64,000 nucleotides of DNA from Chloroflexota bacterium (lineage in GTDB: Bacteria; Chloroflexota; Dehalococcoidia; Lucifugimonadales; QGNO01). The stretch lies in contig QGNO01000004.1 in the NCBI GenBank assembly GCA_003228195.2, positions 1,267-65,266 of the forward strand, given 5' to 3'. The translations under genes and the position numbers were made by a program. Positions 40,174 through 51,500 of the stretch are shown piece after piece. Positions within the stretch are counted from its first letter, which is position 1. Every line of letters begins with the position of its first letter. Under the pieces are notes generated by a model. The model saw nothing but the letters and a program-made list of their open reading frames with translations. It searched no databases and was not told the origin of the DNA.

Positions 40174-41691
40174 CTAATTAAAACTTACGGTCTGTTTGTA
40201 CGAATCAATCGCGCCAATCAATGACTTCTGAGTTTCATCATCTATTTCATTAGTTTCGATTATCCTCTCAGCTATCTTGGGGTAGTTAGATTCTATGAAC
40301 ATATGAAATCCTTCTTCCCATTCTGATATTTTTTCCACAGAAACATCATCCAGATAGCCATTTGTTACGGCGAACATGATCATGACTTGCTTAGACAACG
40401 GCAACGGCTGATACTGAGGTTGCTTGAGAACCTCAGTTATCCTCTGCCCTCGTTCAAGTTGCTCCCTAGTAGAACGATCCAGGTCGCTTGTACCAAATTG
40501 CGCGAATGTAACCAACTCACGATATTGAGCCAAATCCAACCTCAATCTACCAGCCACACTTCTCATTGCCCGGCGTTGGGCGGACCCCCCAACACGAGAA
40601 ACTGAAAGCCCAACGTTAACAGCCGGCCTCGTACCGCCGTTAAACAGGTCCGCCTCTAGGTAAATTTGCCCATCTGTTATAGATATTACGTTCGTGGGGA
40701 TATAAGCAGACACATCACCAGCTTGAGTTTCAATTATCGGCAATGCAGTCAATGAACCCCCTCCGCCAACCTCATCCAAGCGGGCTGATCTCTCCAAAAG
40801 TCTGCTGTGAAGATAGAAAACATCCCCCGGATACGCCTCGCGACCCGGAGGCCGTCTCAACAAGAGAGACATCTGCCTGTAGGCCCATGCATGCTTCGAA
40901 AGATCATCAAAAATAATCAAAACATCCTTACCATTCTCCATCCATTCTTCACCAATCGCACATCCAGCGTAAGGAGCCAAATATTGGAGCGGAGCCGGGT
41001 CAGAAGCATTTGCAGCTACCACAACAGTGTGTTCCATAGCGCCATATCGCTCCAGGGTTGCGACAGTCTGAGCCACTTTACCTACCCTTTGTCCAATAGC
41101 TACATAAATACAAATTAGATCTCCACCCTTTTGGTTGATTATGGTATCGAGAGCCACCGCACTCTTACCAGTAGAACGATCTCCTATGATCAGTTCTCTT
41201 TGGCCACGCCCAATCGGAATCATGGCATCAACCGCCTTTATTCCGGTTTGCACTGGGACATTAACCGCTTGACGACTTGCTACATCGGGAGCTACTCGTT
41301 CTACTGCCCGTCTATTTTTTGTAGAAATCGGACCTTTCCCATCTATTGGTCTTCCCAAAGCATCAACAGTCCTGCCAATCAGTTCATCGCCGACCGGCAC
41401 TTCCGCAACACTACCAGTCGACCGAACCTCATCACCCTCTTTGATCCGAGAGTCGTCACCGAGAATAACAGCTCCAACTGCATCTTCTTCCAAGTTCATT
41501 GCCATTCCAATCACATCGCCAGGGAAAGACAACAGTTCTGTGTATTTAACTCCTCTCAAGCCATGTATCCGTGCAATACCATCACCCACCTCAGTAACGG
41601 TACCAACGTCAACCATAGTCAAGTCACCGCCAAATTCCTCAATTTGGCGTTTTATCACCGCTGCGATATCTTGCCCTCGCGTTGTCATCAA
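40174..41691 (-). CDS. atpA: ATP synthase alpha subunit
   Basis: [23 protein letters not shown] and [13 protein letters not shown]. Confidence 0.99.
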   Translation of the reverse strand: MMTTRGQDIAAVIKRQIEEFGGDLTMVDVGTVTEVGDGIARIHGLRGVKYTELLSFPGDVIGMAMNLEEDAVGAVILGDDSRIKEGDEVRSTGSVAEVPVGDELIGRTVDALGRPIDGKGPISTKNRRAVERVAPDVASRQAVNVPVQTGIKAVDAMIPIGRGQRELIIGDRSTGKSAVALDTIINQKGGDLICIYVAIGQRVGKVAQTVATLERYGAMEHTVVVAANASDPAPLQYLAPYAGCAIGEEWMENGKDVLIIFDDLSKHAWAYRQMSLLLRRPPGREAYPGDVFYLHSRLLERSARLDEVGGGGSLTALPIIETQAGDVSAYIPTNVISITDGQIYLEADLFNGGTRPAVNVGLSVSRVGGSAQRRAMRSVAGRLRLDLAQYRELVTFAQFGTSDLDRSTREQLERGQRITEVLKQPQYQPLPLSKQVMIMFAVTNGYLDDVSVEKISEWEEGFHMFIESNYPKIAERIIETNEIDDETQKSLIGAIDSYKQTVSFN

Positions 41692-41709
41692 TCTACCTCT
41701 CTATTGCTT

Positions 41710-42249
41710 CTAACTTGGCGTAGCCAGTACTCTCTGTTTTAAAATTGTCAATCTTTCTCTAACCGTACCATCTATTATCATGTCCCCGACTCTGATAAGA
41801 ATGCCACCAAGTATATCTTGGCTAACATTAGTGTTAAGCACTATCTCCTTTCCAAACAAATCCTTCAATTGCTTTTGCAATCTGCTTTTCTGCTCCTCTT
41901 CCAACTCAATTGCGGTAGTAATCTCTACTTGCTCTCTACCCTGGAGATCATCAAGAAGTTTCTGATACTCTAAGACTACCCCATCCAGAATCTGCAGGGC
42001 TCCGTTCTTGACTATCAAGCCAACAAGGTTAGAAACATTTTCCCGAACGTCACTGAGGGCGGCATGGAGTAACTCCAGTTTCCGCTGGAAATTAACCTTC
42101 GGCGATTGTAAGAACACTTTAGTTTGATCATCGGCTAGGCACTCAGCTGATCGTACCAACTCAACCCGCCATTCTTCTAAAGCTCCATCCTCCAAGGCGA
42201 TCGCAAAAACCGCTTGTGCGTAACGTTTAGCCAGTGGGGTGCGGGCCAT
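41710..42249 (-). CDS. atpH: ATP synthase delta subunit
   Basis: AKRYAQAVF and ILGGILIRVGD.IIDG. Confidence 0.95.
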   Translation of the reverse strand: MARTPLAKRYAQAVFAIALEDGALEEWRVELVRSAECLADDQTKVFLQSPKVNFQRKLELLHAALSDVRENVSNLVGLIVKNGALQILDGVVLEYQKLLDDLQGREQVEITTAIELEEEQKSRLQKQLKDLFGKEIVLNTNVSQDILGGILIRVGDMIIDGTVRERLTILKQRVLATPS

Positions 42250-42755
42250 TACTTACCATCCTTTTCCAATAAATCACTCTCAGTCAAAGTTTGTTCTATT
42301 AAGTCTTTGTGCAAGTCCTTATCTAATGACCGCCTCACTACCCGCTCTGCAGCTGAAATAGCTAGATCACCAAACTCTCTCCTCAGTTCGTCCACCGCAA
42401 TATCCCTTTCTCTCTGAATCTCAGCCTGAGCCTTCGATATAAAAGAGTCAGCTTCTTGGCGGGCCTTCTCTCGCTCCCCATCACGAACACGCTGCGCCGC
42501 CTGCCTAGCTTGCTCTATCACCGCCTGACCTTCCTTTCGGGCATCCTTAATCTGCTGATCCATCTCTCCTTGCCTCATGACCGACTCTTCTTGCAAAACC
42601 TGAGCCTGATCCCTGCTCTCCTGAATGCGGCGAGACCGTTCATCAAGAACACGCAATATAGGCTTGAAACCAACCATATAAAGAATGATAAGTAATGCAG
42701 TAAAATTAACCAAATAAACTACCAAGCTGGGCCAATGAAAGCCTAACTCTGCCAT
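42249..42755 (-). CDS. atpF: ATP synthase b subunit
   Basis: VNF..LL..L....KPI...LDER...I followed by a long coiled coil. Confidence 0.95.
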   Translation of the reverse strand: MAELGFHWPSLVVYLVNFTALLIILYMVGFKPILRVLDERSRRIQESRDQAQVLQEESVMRQGEMDQQIKDARKEGQAVIEQARQAAQRVRDGEREKARQEADSFISKAQAEIQRERDIAVDELRREFGDLAISAAERVVRRSLDKDLHKDLIEQTLTESDLLEKDGK

Positions 42756-42791
42756 GCTACTTTCCCCTTTTGTCTGACCAGTAGATCCAGC

Positions 42792-43040
<249 letters not shown>

Positions 43041-43053
43041 TTAAAATCAACAA

Positions 43054-43164
43054 TTAGATTTTTATTGATCCCTTTTCAGATACGAATCCATAAACTGCCA
43101 ACCTTGTCGTGGTTGCAGTCATTGCCAAGGCGATAATCACTAACGTTAACATAATTATCTCCAT
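43054..43164 (-). CDS. Putative 36-aa single-TM small protein between atpB and atpE
   Basis: Manual translation MEIIMLTLVIIALAMTATTTRLAVYGFVSEKGSIKI*; purine-rich AGGAAG before the first ATG and GGAG 6 nt before the second; below the ORF-track cut-off. Confidence 0.5.
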   Translation of the reverse strand: MEIIMLTLVIIALAMTATTTRLAVYGFVSEKGSIKI

Positions 43165-43186
43165 CGCTTCTTCTTCCTAATAACCA

Positions 43187-44116
43187 CTAGTGTCCCTCTT
43201 CACCATCATGATGAGGAGTAATCGCTATAGTAACGAACACGAGGGTGAGACCGGCAAAAATTAGTGCCTGTATAAAGCCCACCAAGAGCTCCAACCCGTA
43301 GAACGGCAGAGAAAACACAAACGGAACGAGAAATGCGGTCATTAGGAGCAATATCTCTCCCGCGGTCATGTTGCCGAAAAGTCGGAAAGTAAAACTTATT
43401 AGCCTTATAAATTCGCTCAGTAATTCTAAAACACCAACGAATATATCGATCAGTCCTTCAAAAATCCGTCCCTTTAATAGGGCCCCAAATCGGAAGAATT
43501 TGCCAAAGTAAGATAGCCCTAGAGTCTTAATTCCCCAGAACTCTACAAAAATAAAAGAAATGATCGCTAGCGCAAGTGGCATATTAAGATCCGTCCCTGC
43601 AGGGCGCAACAAGTGCCGTTCGAAATGTCCATCATTCATAAAGCCAAGGCTTTGGTAAAGAGGTATAAGGCCAATCCAAGCATTCATTAATACGAATAGG
43701 AACATGGTAGCAAACAATGGGAAGAACCGCCTGGTATTGCCGCGGCCGGCGACGCCCTCAACAAAGCTGTACATCGAGACCACAATGAATTCCAAGAAGT
43801 TGTGTAGCCCTTTTGGCCTTGCATCTGCATTTATGTTGCGAGTACCGAAGAAAAACAGGCCAACCAATATAACACTGGCGATTAATGAAGAGAGGATTGT
43901 ATTGGTCAACATGAAGCGACTTGGGAGCTTATGCAATTCATGAGCTTCATGTGCATCTGATTCGAAAACAGGTTGTGGAGGAAGGTGAACTTCGGGAGTT
44001 GGGAGGAATGGACTTCCACCAAACAACGCGCTCCCTATAGCTCCTATAACGAAACCAAAAACAAAGAGGGCTATAAGCGACAAACCTAGAGCCCTAAAAA
44101 CATTCTTCGCGCTCAT
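43187..44116 (-). CDS. atpB: ATP synthase a subunit
   Basis: SFTFRLFGNMTAGE (essential Arg) and ELLVGFIQALIF..LT. Confidence 0.96.
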   Translation of the reverse strand: MSAKNVFRALGLSLIALFVFGFVIGAIGSALFGGSPFLPTPEVHLPPQPVFESDAHEAHELHKLPSRFMLTNTILSSLIASVILVGLFFFGTRNINADARPKGLHNFLEFIVVSMYSFVEGVAGRGNTRRFFPLFATMFLFVLMNAWIGLIPLYQSLGFMNDGHFERHLLRPAGTDLNMPLALAIISFIFVEFWGIKTLGLSYFGKFFRFGALLKGRIFEGLIDIFVGVLELLSEFIRLISFTFRLFGNMTAGEILLLMTAFLVPFVFSLPFYGLELLVGFIQALIFAGLTLVFVTIAITPHHDGEEGH

Positions 44117-44152
44117 GAATTACCCTGTTTCGATACCATCATTTTTCTTATT

Positions 44153-44368
44153 CTAGTCATTGCCTTTGAAAAGAAATTCGACTATACGGTAGAGACCGTA
44201 AAAAGCCAATCCAGAACCCAACAAAACTCCCAACAGAGTAAACACAGGAGAGGCATTAAGTTGGTCGTCTATCCACAACCCTCCACCCACTCCAAGAAGA
44301 ATACTCGCTGCCACATACCAACCCAAACCCAAGAGCCTAATGGAAATGATAAGCCCACGCTTATTCAT
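44153..44368 (-). CDS. AtpZ/AtpI family protein
   Basis: G.GGGLWID..L...PVFTLLGVLLG; first gene of the atp operon. Confidence 0.88.
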   Translation of the reverse strand: MNKRGLIISIRLLGLGWYVAASILLGVGGGLWIDDQLNASPVFTLLGVLLGSGLAFYGLYRIVEFLFKGND

Positions 44369-44386
44369 AAGCTCGCCCCCCAAACT

Positions 44387-44404
44387 TTGCGAAGTTTATC
44401 ACAT
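44387..44404. promoter_or_regulatory. Putative Rex operator at the atp promoter
   Basis: TTGCGAA-GTTT-ATCACAT versus TTGTGAA-N4-TTCACAA (11/14); just downstream of a minus-strand TTGACA at 44424-44429. Confidence 0.55.
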
Positions 44405-44495
44405 ATATCACATATATATGTAGTGTCAACGCAAAATTCGCGTAGAAAAACGTGTTTCGAAATACAAGATTGCTAGCAATGCTCGTTTGCAAGAG

Positions 44496-45071
44496 TTAGG
44501 ATGCCTGCTCAGAGCTTTCCTGCCCCTCGTTTCCTATGTCTTCAATGTCTAGGGTATCTATGAAATCCGTAAAAGCCGACATCCTACGGAGATCTTCCTC
44601 TTTGATCCCTCTTGGTTCATCATTTTCATCATTAGGAATAACAGGGCTGCCAGAATCATCCAGGCTTATGCCGGCTTTATTTAATACATGATCTGCAACA
44701 TATATAGGCACATCAGCTCTTACCGCTATCGCTATCGCATCACTAGGTCTGGAATCAACATCGACAACTAATCCATTAAGATCAATGGTTATTTGTGCAA
44801 AAAAAGTGTCGTCCTTCAAATCGTTTATCGTAATATGAGTAAGGCTTCCCCCAAGTCTATCAATAACTGATGCTAACAAATCGTGGGTTAGCGGGCGGGG
44901 CAAAAAAACGCCTTGCATCTTCACAGCTATAGAATCGGCTTCCGATGCACCAATCCAAATAGGGAGGTATAAGCCAGATTTAACATCCTTCAAAACCACC
45001 ACTCTCTGGTGGTTTACCAAGCTTACCCGGATACTATCTATAACCACTTCAGGCATCGACAACTCCCCCAA
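44496..45071 (-). CDS. Bifunctional nuclease family protein (DUF151)
   Basis: LPIWIG..EA.SI, RPLTHDLL and DSRPSDAIAIA. Confidence 0.93.
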   Translation of the reverse strand: MGELSMPEVVIDSIRVSLVNHQRVVVLKDVKSGLYLPIWIGASEADSIAVKMQGVFLPRPLTHDLLASVIDRLGGSLTHITINDLKDDTFFAQITIDLNGLVVDVDSRPSDAIAIAVRADVPIYVADHVLNKAGISLDDSGSPVIPNDENDEPRGIKEEDLRRMSAFTDFIDTLDIEDIGNEGQESSEQAS

Positions 45072-45117
45072 TTACAAAGACTCGCTCATATTACCGATGG
45101 CCAATTAGCCTTGTCAA

Positions 45118-45312
45118 TCAAATTTTAGCTAACCTGTTATGATCCGCTATTCTCCGTTCTAAAACACTTCTACTCAACAAAATTCGTCTTTGACAACTTA
45201 TACAGCGTAAGCCAATATCAGCCCCAAGTCTTACAACGCGCCATTCGAAAGCACCGCAAGGGTGGCGTTTCCTAAGCTTAAGAATATCTCCCAAGTTATA
45301 TTCTCTTACCAT
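45118..45312 (-). CDS. DUF951 domain protein
   Basis: GD...LRK.HPCG...W.V.RLGADI.L.C..C.R. Confidence 0.9.
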   Translation of the reverse strand: MVREYNLGDILKLRKRHPCGAFEWRVVRLGADIGLRCISCQRRILLSRSVLERRIADHNRLAKI

Positions 45313-46142
45313 GGCAAACCTAGGGAGTCCAAAATGGCGTTAATATTGTCCCGCAACTCTCGGGTCGCTTCACGAGCCCCTTTTGCAAAATTCTTGGTTT
45401 CGTCAGCATATATCAAACCCCGTGACGAGTTAATCAATATTCTTCGACCCGCGCTTGAAATACCATTTCTCACGGAATGGTCCAAAGCTCCGTCCTGAGA
45501 ACCTATACCAGGAATGAGAAAAGGCATGTCTGGGCATATTTCCCTAGTTTCCCTGATTTGGTCGGGATAAGTCGCTCCCATGACCAAACCAGCATTGCCA
45601 TTTTTGTTCCAATCTTGAATTTCGTACGCAACGTGCTTATAAAAGGGAATTTGGCCATTGGCCTGGCTTTTAATTTCCAAATCCTGAAAATCACTTGCGC
45701 CAGGATTTGAAGATCTACACCACACAAAAACACCCTTGTCACTGTAATTTAGAAACGGAACCACCGAGTCTTCTCCTCCGTAGACATTAACAGTTACAGC
45801 GTCGAAGCCCCAATTATCAAACATACCTTTAGCGTATGCAGCGGCTGTATGCCCAATATCTCCTCTCTTCCCGTCCCCGATTACAATCATAGTATCGGAA
45901 ACTTCCCGTATGAACCGTATCGTCTCTTCCAATGCCCTAAACCCAGCCAATCCTAGTGCTTCATAGAACGCCAAATTAGGCTTATAGGCTCCCACTAAAC
46001 CACAAGTCGCCTCCACAATTCCTTTATTGAAGGTGACAATATCTTTCGTCGGGATTCTCGCAAGCTCAGGATCCAATCCAAGACAGACTAAGCTCTCATT
46101 AGCTTGACAACTCCAATCTAAGTTCTCTAAAAATGCGTTCAT
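45306..46142 (-). CDS. pyrF: Orotidine-5'-phosphate decarboxylase
   Basis: [30 protein letters not shown] and NSSRG. Confidence 0.96.
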   Translation of the reverse strand: MNAFLENLDWSCQANESLVCLGLDPELARIPTKDIVTFNKGIVEATCGLVGAYKPNLAFYEALGLAGFRALEETIRFIREVSDTMIVIGDGKRGDIGHTAAAYAKGMFDNWGFDAVTVNVYGGEDSVVPFLNYSDKGVFVWCRSSNPGASDFQDLEIKSQANGQIPFYKHVAYEIQDWNKNGNAGLVMGATYPDQIRETREICPDMPFLIPGIGSQDGALDHSVRNGISSAGRRILINSSRGLIYADETKNFAKGAREATRELRDNINAILDSLGLPW

Positions 46143-46322
46143 GTCGCCGCCTTATAGCATCAGTCTAAACGTGCCGGATCATCCCTGCAAGCACAACTTT
46201 TGTTAACTATTAAACAAAATAAGTCATTCGTTCCATCTAGACAGGAATATGTTATATCTTCTGTGCGGACTCAAACAAAATGAATAACCCAAAGAGGAAA
46301 CAACATATCTCAAAAACCTTTC

Positions 46323-47009
46323 ATGGAATAATATTTGATCGACTGTATCAAGCATACGGATGTCAGAGATGGTGGGCAGCCGATAATTCATGTGAAATAG
46401 CGCAGGAGCAATTCTGACACAAAATGTCTGCTGGCAAAACGCAGAACGTGCCATATTTATTCTAAAAAACCAAGAGCTCCTAAGCGCCTGCGCATTACTG
46501 CGCACCCCTGATGACATGGGAGGCTAATCAGGTCATCTGATTATTTCATCGCTAAGGCAAAAAACAAAAACGTTCGCCTCTCATATCGTAAACAACCATC
46601 AAGGTGAAATGGCGCTTATGTTGCCACAAGATACCTCAACGCTCCGAAAAGACCTTCTCTCCATCCATAAGATAGGAACAGAGACGGCAAGCGCAATAAT
46701 GCTTTACGCAAAAGAGAAACCTGTATTTGTAGTAGATACCTACACAACACGCCTTCTAATTCGAATTGGCATTGTCACAAATTACACAGATTATTCGGAT
46801 ATTCAATCTGTCTTCCACACAAATCTCCCCAAAACACAACCTTGTTAAATGAATTCCATGCCCTTATAAACAATCATGGAAAGACAACCTGCAAAAAGAA
46901 TCGACCGTCATGCTTGGAATGCACACTGATAACTTTGTGCCCAACAGGGCAACACAACAAAGAACAAAACGCCATGAATCAAATTCAGGAATACGGGTAC
47001 ATTTGCTGA
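46323..47009 (+). pseudogene. Fragmented endonuclease III-like (HhH-GPD, 4Fe-4S) DNA glycosylase
   Basis: Consecutive pieces in different frames: YG.QRWW, GAILTQN..W.NAE, LIRSS.YF..KA, LLSI.KIG.ETA..I.LYA...FVVDTYT and EFHAL...HGK..C-x6-C-x2-C-x5-C; at least 4 frameshifts. Confidence 0.85.
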
Positions 47010-47097
47010 TCTAATTGATAAAATAATTAGAAAGCAATCTTAAGGCAATGAAACAACGAGCCCCCTCAATCACATAACTTGACTCCAAAGCACATGC

Positions 47098-47384
47098 TTA
47101 GAAACTAGTAAAAAGGTCAATGTCGGGAAGAAGGATCGGGGTAGGCCTAGCAGTAGGTATTGGCGTTGGAGTAACAGACGACACAGACTTAGGAGTGGGA
47201 GTTGCTGTCGACATTAACTCAGATCTAGGTATCAACACCGGCTTAGCCGTCGCAGCTGGAGTAGCAATAACTACCAGTTCGGTCATAGGAACAGAAGAGG
47301 ATCTGTAGTACTATCCCAGCCCCCACAAGCTACCGTAATTGTCCAGTTATTAGAATGAAAATAGGTTTTCCCCACCCAGCCCAT
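47098..47384 (-). pseudogene. Decayed lipoprotein-like gene with a Pro/Thr-rich linker
   Basis: Signal-like MGWVGKPIFILITG, lipobox-like TVAC in a second frame and TPTP-rich sequence in a third. Confidence 0.45.
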
Positions 47385-47398
47385 AACAACTTCATCGC

Positions 47399-48502
47399 TT
47401 AACGTTTCCTAGATTTTGTAATTCCTTTCAAGTTTTCTTCACGCACCTGTGGTTGTTCCTCTGGTTTTAAAATACCAATAAAAGGTAAATTACGGTATTT
47501 TTGCAGATAGTCCAAACCGTACCCAACCACGAATTCATCTGGTACTTCAAACCCTGTATACTCTACTTGGACATCCACCAATCGCCTAACCTTTTTGTCA
47601 AGTAAGGTACAGACCTTAATATCCGCAGGCTTGAAAGATTCTAAATAGCGCAACAGGTAATTCAAAGTCATACCAGTATCTACTATGTCTTCAATCAATA
47701 GTACTCGCCTTCCCTCTATAGCAACGTCTGGTCCTTTAGTGATCTCAACTGTGCCGTCCCGCGTTCTTAAACCTTCAGCACTTTCTCCGTAATAGGATAC
47801 AGACATAAAGTCCATTATGATTGGAAGATCAACTTCCCTAATCAAGTCGGCCATGAAACAAAAAACACCACTAAGAACGCCCAAGAATATAGGTTCATCG
47901 TTTTTGTAATCTTTGGTAATTATCTTGCCCAGGTGCTTTACTCGACGATCTATTTCAGGTTTAGTAAAAAGCACTTTATCTATTGCAGGAATAGTTTCTT
48001 GCACTAATGGACCAAAGCCATATTTTGCCAACAACCTGTATATATCACGTCGGTAAAGAAGTTTGATATTGACGTCGGGATACAACTCCTGAATTTGGCG
48101 CATCTTCCTATTTTTTACTGTAACCAAATTTTGTTTGAGAGTGGTCAATTCAACATACAAGTCGAACTCAGGTAAATAGAAATCGGGAGTGAACATTTGT
48201 AACACCCGATCCCCCTCCCATTTCAAAGGGAACGATCTCGGCTCATAAAGCCATTTAACTCCGTAAAAATCCAACAGATTCGTGAATTCATCCTCGCTTG
48301 GATGAGCAAACGGCCGATGAGTACTAGGGACATTGTAGTGCGCCATCGGAGTAGCAACGGATATGGCAGTAGCTCTTTTAACACGCCTGCGGTTGCGTCT
48401 AGTCGAACTACTCGTATCAAAACCTCGTTTGGTCCCTTCGCTATTAGTGTCTTCTAACGAAGGTTCGAACCTATCTTCTCGATTATCTCTATTCAAAACC
48501 AC
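47399..48502 (-). CDS. hpt: Hypoxanthine phosphoribosyltransferase fused to an N-terminal PD-(D/E)XK-like domain
   Basis: C-terminal half VSYYG, LLIEDIVDTGMT, LLDK, FVVGYGLDY..KYRNLP; N-terminal half FAHPSE..F...LDFYG..W.YEP and FTPDFYLP..DLYVELTT. Confidence 0.88.
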   Translation of the reverse strand: MVLNRDNREDRFEPSLEDTNSEGTKRGFDTSSSTRRNRRRVKRATAISVATPMAHYNVPSTHRPFAHPSEDEFTNLLDFYGVKWLYEPRSFPLKWEGDRVLQMFTPDFYLPEFDLYVELTTLKQNLVTVKNRKMRQIQELYPDVNIKLLYRRDIYRLLAKYGFGPLVQETIPAIDKVLFTKPEIDRRVKHLGKIITKDYKNDEPIFLGVLSGVFCFMADLIREVDLPIIMDFMSVSYYGESAEGLRTRDGTVEITKGPDVAIEGRRVLLIEDIVDTGMTLNYLLRYLESFKPADIKVCTLLDKKVRRLVDVQVEYTGFEVPDEFVVGYGLDYLQKYRNLPFIGILKPEEQPQVREENLKGITKSRKR

Positions 48503-48532
48503 TCAACCCCACAACTAATTCATATTGTACTG

Positions 48533-51500
48533 CTAAGTGCCATGTAAATATTTACTAACAGGAAGCACATTATAAGAGTCTTCCCTAATCAAACTATCAA
48601 CAGCAGCTCTAGCAGTGTCTAATGAAGTAAAACATGGTATTCGATTCTCAACAGCAGACCGGCGTATTTCGTACCCATCTCTAAGTATCGAAGCAGACCC
48701 AGTCACTGTATTAATCACTGCCTGAACTTTCCCATCTTCAATGACATCAAGCACGTTAGGATGACCTAGTCCAAGCTTTTTAGCTACAAGAGGCACTTCT
48801 AGTCCTAGGGCTATAATCATTGCTGCGGTACCTTCAGTAGCGTACAAATCGCATCCAGATTTGGCAAGCGCATGAAGTAAATCAACCGCTTCCGGTTTAT
48901 CCTTATCAGAAATACTGAGTAGAATAGGATACCCACGACTTAGATGAAGCCCACTGGCCAAAAGAGCCTTAGCTAATGCAGGGGTAAATTCACGATCTAG
49001 TCCCATAACTTCGCCTGTCGACTTCATTTCAGGGCCCAGATATGTATCGACGCCAGCCAATTTAGACATTGAGAACACTGGTGCTTTCACTCCAACCAAA
49101 TCTGATCGCTTCCACAAGCCACCGCTATACCCCTGTTCTTTCAAGGTCTTGCCAAGCACTATCTTAGTAGCGATATTTACCATTGGGACCCCGGTAACTT
49201 TTGAAAGAAATGGCACCGTACGACTGGACCTAGGGTTTGCCTCAATAACGTAAACTGTCGAGCCATCATAAACATGATCCTGGAAGTTTTCAGGATCCCT
49301 ATATGGACTAGACCCAGTAATGACATATTGAATATTAATCAAACCTTTGATTTCTAGTCCCAAAGCTATTCTTTTTGTATAGTCCTCAAGTGTCTGGACT
49401 TCTGCCGTTGTCAGGGTAAGACCAGGATATATAGCCATGGAGTCACCACTATGAACACCCGAACGTTCAACATGCTCCATGATCCCAGGAATCAATACCT
49501 CCGTCCCATCACATATCGCATCGACCTCCACTTCTCGACCTTCGAGATACTTGTCTATTAAAATCGACTTGCCCTCCACTATCTCCACTGCATTAGCGAG
49601 ATAACCAACCAACTCCGAGGCATTCTGGACAATTTCCATCGCTCGACCGCCCAGGACATAACTCGGCCTCACCAAAACCGGATAACCAATGCGTTGTGCG
49701 ACGTTCAGTCCTTCCTCGACATTTGTAACCGCCGCCCCAGGAGGTTGAGGAATCCCCTGCCTTGATAAGAAATTCTCGAATTTGCGTCTGTCCGCTGCTA
49801 TATCTATGGCCTGTGCGGAGGATCCCAAAATCGGCATTCCAGCGCGTGCAAGGATCTGGGATAAATTGATAGCCGTTTGCCCACCAAATTGGACTACCGA
49901 AGGAGTGAATTCAATAGTGCCGGACGAATCTTCTGTACATTCATTATCTAGAATATCCAAAATGCTTTCTTCATCTAAGGGCTCAAAATAAAGCCTGTCA
50001 CTCGTATCAAAATCGGTGGAAACAGTTTCCGGGTTTGAATTGACTATAATGCTGGCGGTGTTCTCCTCCTGCAAAGCCCAAGCAGCATGCACGCTACAGT
50101 AGTCAAATTCAATTCCTTGTCCTATACGAATCGGCCCACTGCCAATAACTAACGCCTTACGACCGCTTAACGGCAATGCTTCATTCTCCACTTCGTAAGT
50201 ACTATAAAAATATGGTGTCTTTGCTTCAAATTCGGCCGCACAAGTATCAACCATCTTGTAAACCGGGCCAATAGCCCACTCTCGCCTCAATGCCCTTACC
50301 TGATCAGGTAATCGATCAGCCAATGTTCCGATATATTCATCGGAAAAACCCAGCCGCTTCGCAGTATTCATTAATTTGGGGGTCAGTGATTCAGCAAGCA
50401 ATCTACGCTCCATCTCTACAATCCTCTGTAATCCTGCAAGAAACCACGGATCTATCCCCGTAGTGGCACTGAGATCTTGCAGTGAAACGGATCGCCGGAG
50501 TGCAGTCATGAGAACCCAAAGCCGTGTATCCCTAGGCTCCAAGGGCAAATCATCAATTGACTTACTATTACCATCTCGCCAAGACTTATCCTCCCAAAGC
50601 AAATTTTTTGCAGGCTGCTCCAAGGATCGTACGGCCTTTTGAAGCGCAGCTTCAAAAGTTCTATCTATCCCCATGACTTCCCCTGTGGCTTTCATTTGAA
50701 CTCCTAAATTGCGTTCACCAGCAGGAAACTTATCAAAAGGCCACCTGGGAATTTTCACAACACAGTAATCGATTGTGGGTTCAAAAGCAGCCCCAGTCTT
50801 ACCTGTGACCTTGTTGGATATCTCGTCCAATCGTTTACCCAAAGCAATTTTGGCAGCAACACGAGCTATAGGATAACCTGTGGCCTTACTCGCAAGGGCC
50901 GAGCTCCTACTAACCCTAGGATTAACTTCTATTACATAGTAGGCTGAAGAGGGTTTCCTCCCACCCGAATATTCGTGCGGGGCAGCCATTGGGTGAGGTG
51001 CAAGTGCAAACTGGACGTTGCAGCCACCTTCAACACCCAGCTCCCTGATTATTCGAAATGAGGCACTACGAAGCATTTGATAATCTTTATCAGATAGAGT
51101 TTGAGTCGGAGCAGTAACTATGCTGTCTCCAGTATGAACACCCATTGGATCAAGGTTTTCCATCGCACAAACCATGACGCAGTTATCTCCACCATCTCTC
51201 ATTATCTCGTATTCGACTTCTTTCCATCCCAGTAAATACTTTTCCAGCAATATCTGTTGAATAGGGCTTGCCTGCAACCCAGTGCTCACAACTCCATCGA
51301 GGTATTCAGGGCTAGACACCACTCCTCCACCAGTACCTCCCAATGTGTAAGCGGGTCGTACCACCAATGGAAATCCCATCCTCTGAGCACACGCTCTCGC
51401 TTCCTCTAGAGAGGTCACAGTCTCGCTCTCTGGCACAGGCTCACCTAGATCTATAAGCAATTGCCTAAACATCGACCTGTCTTCAGCTTTCTTGATAGTG

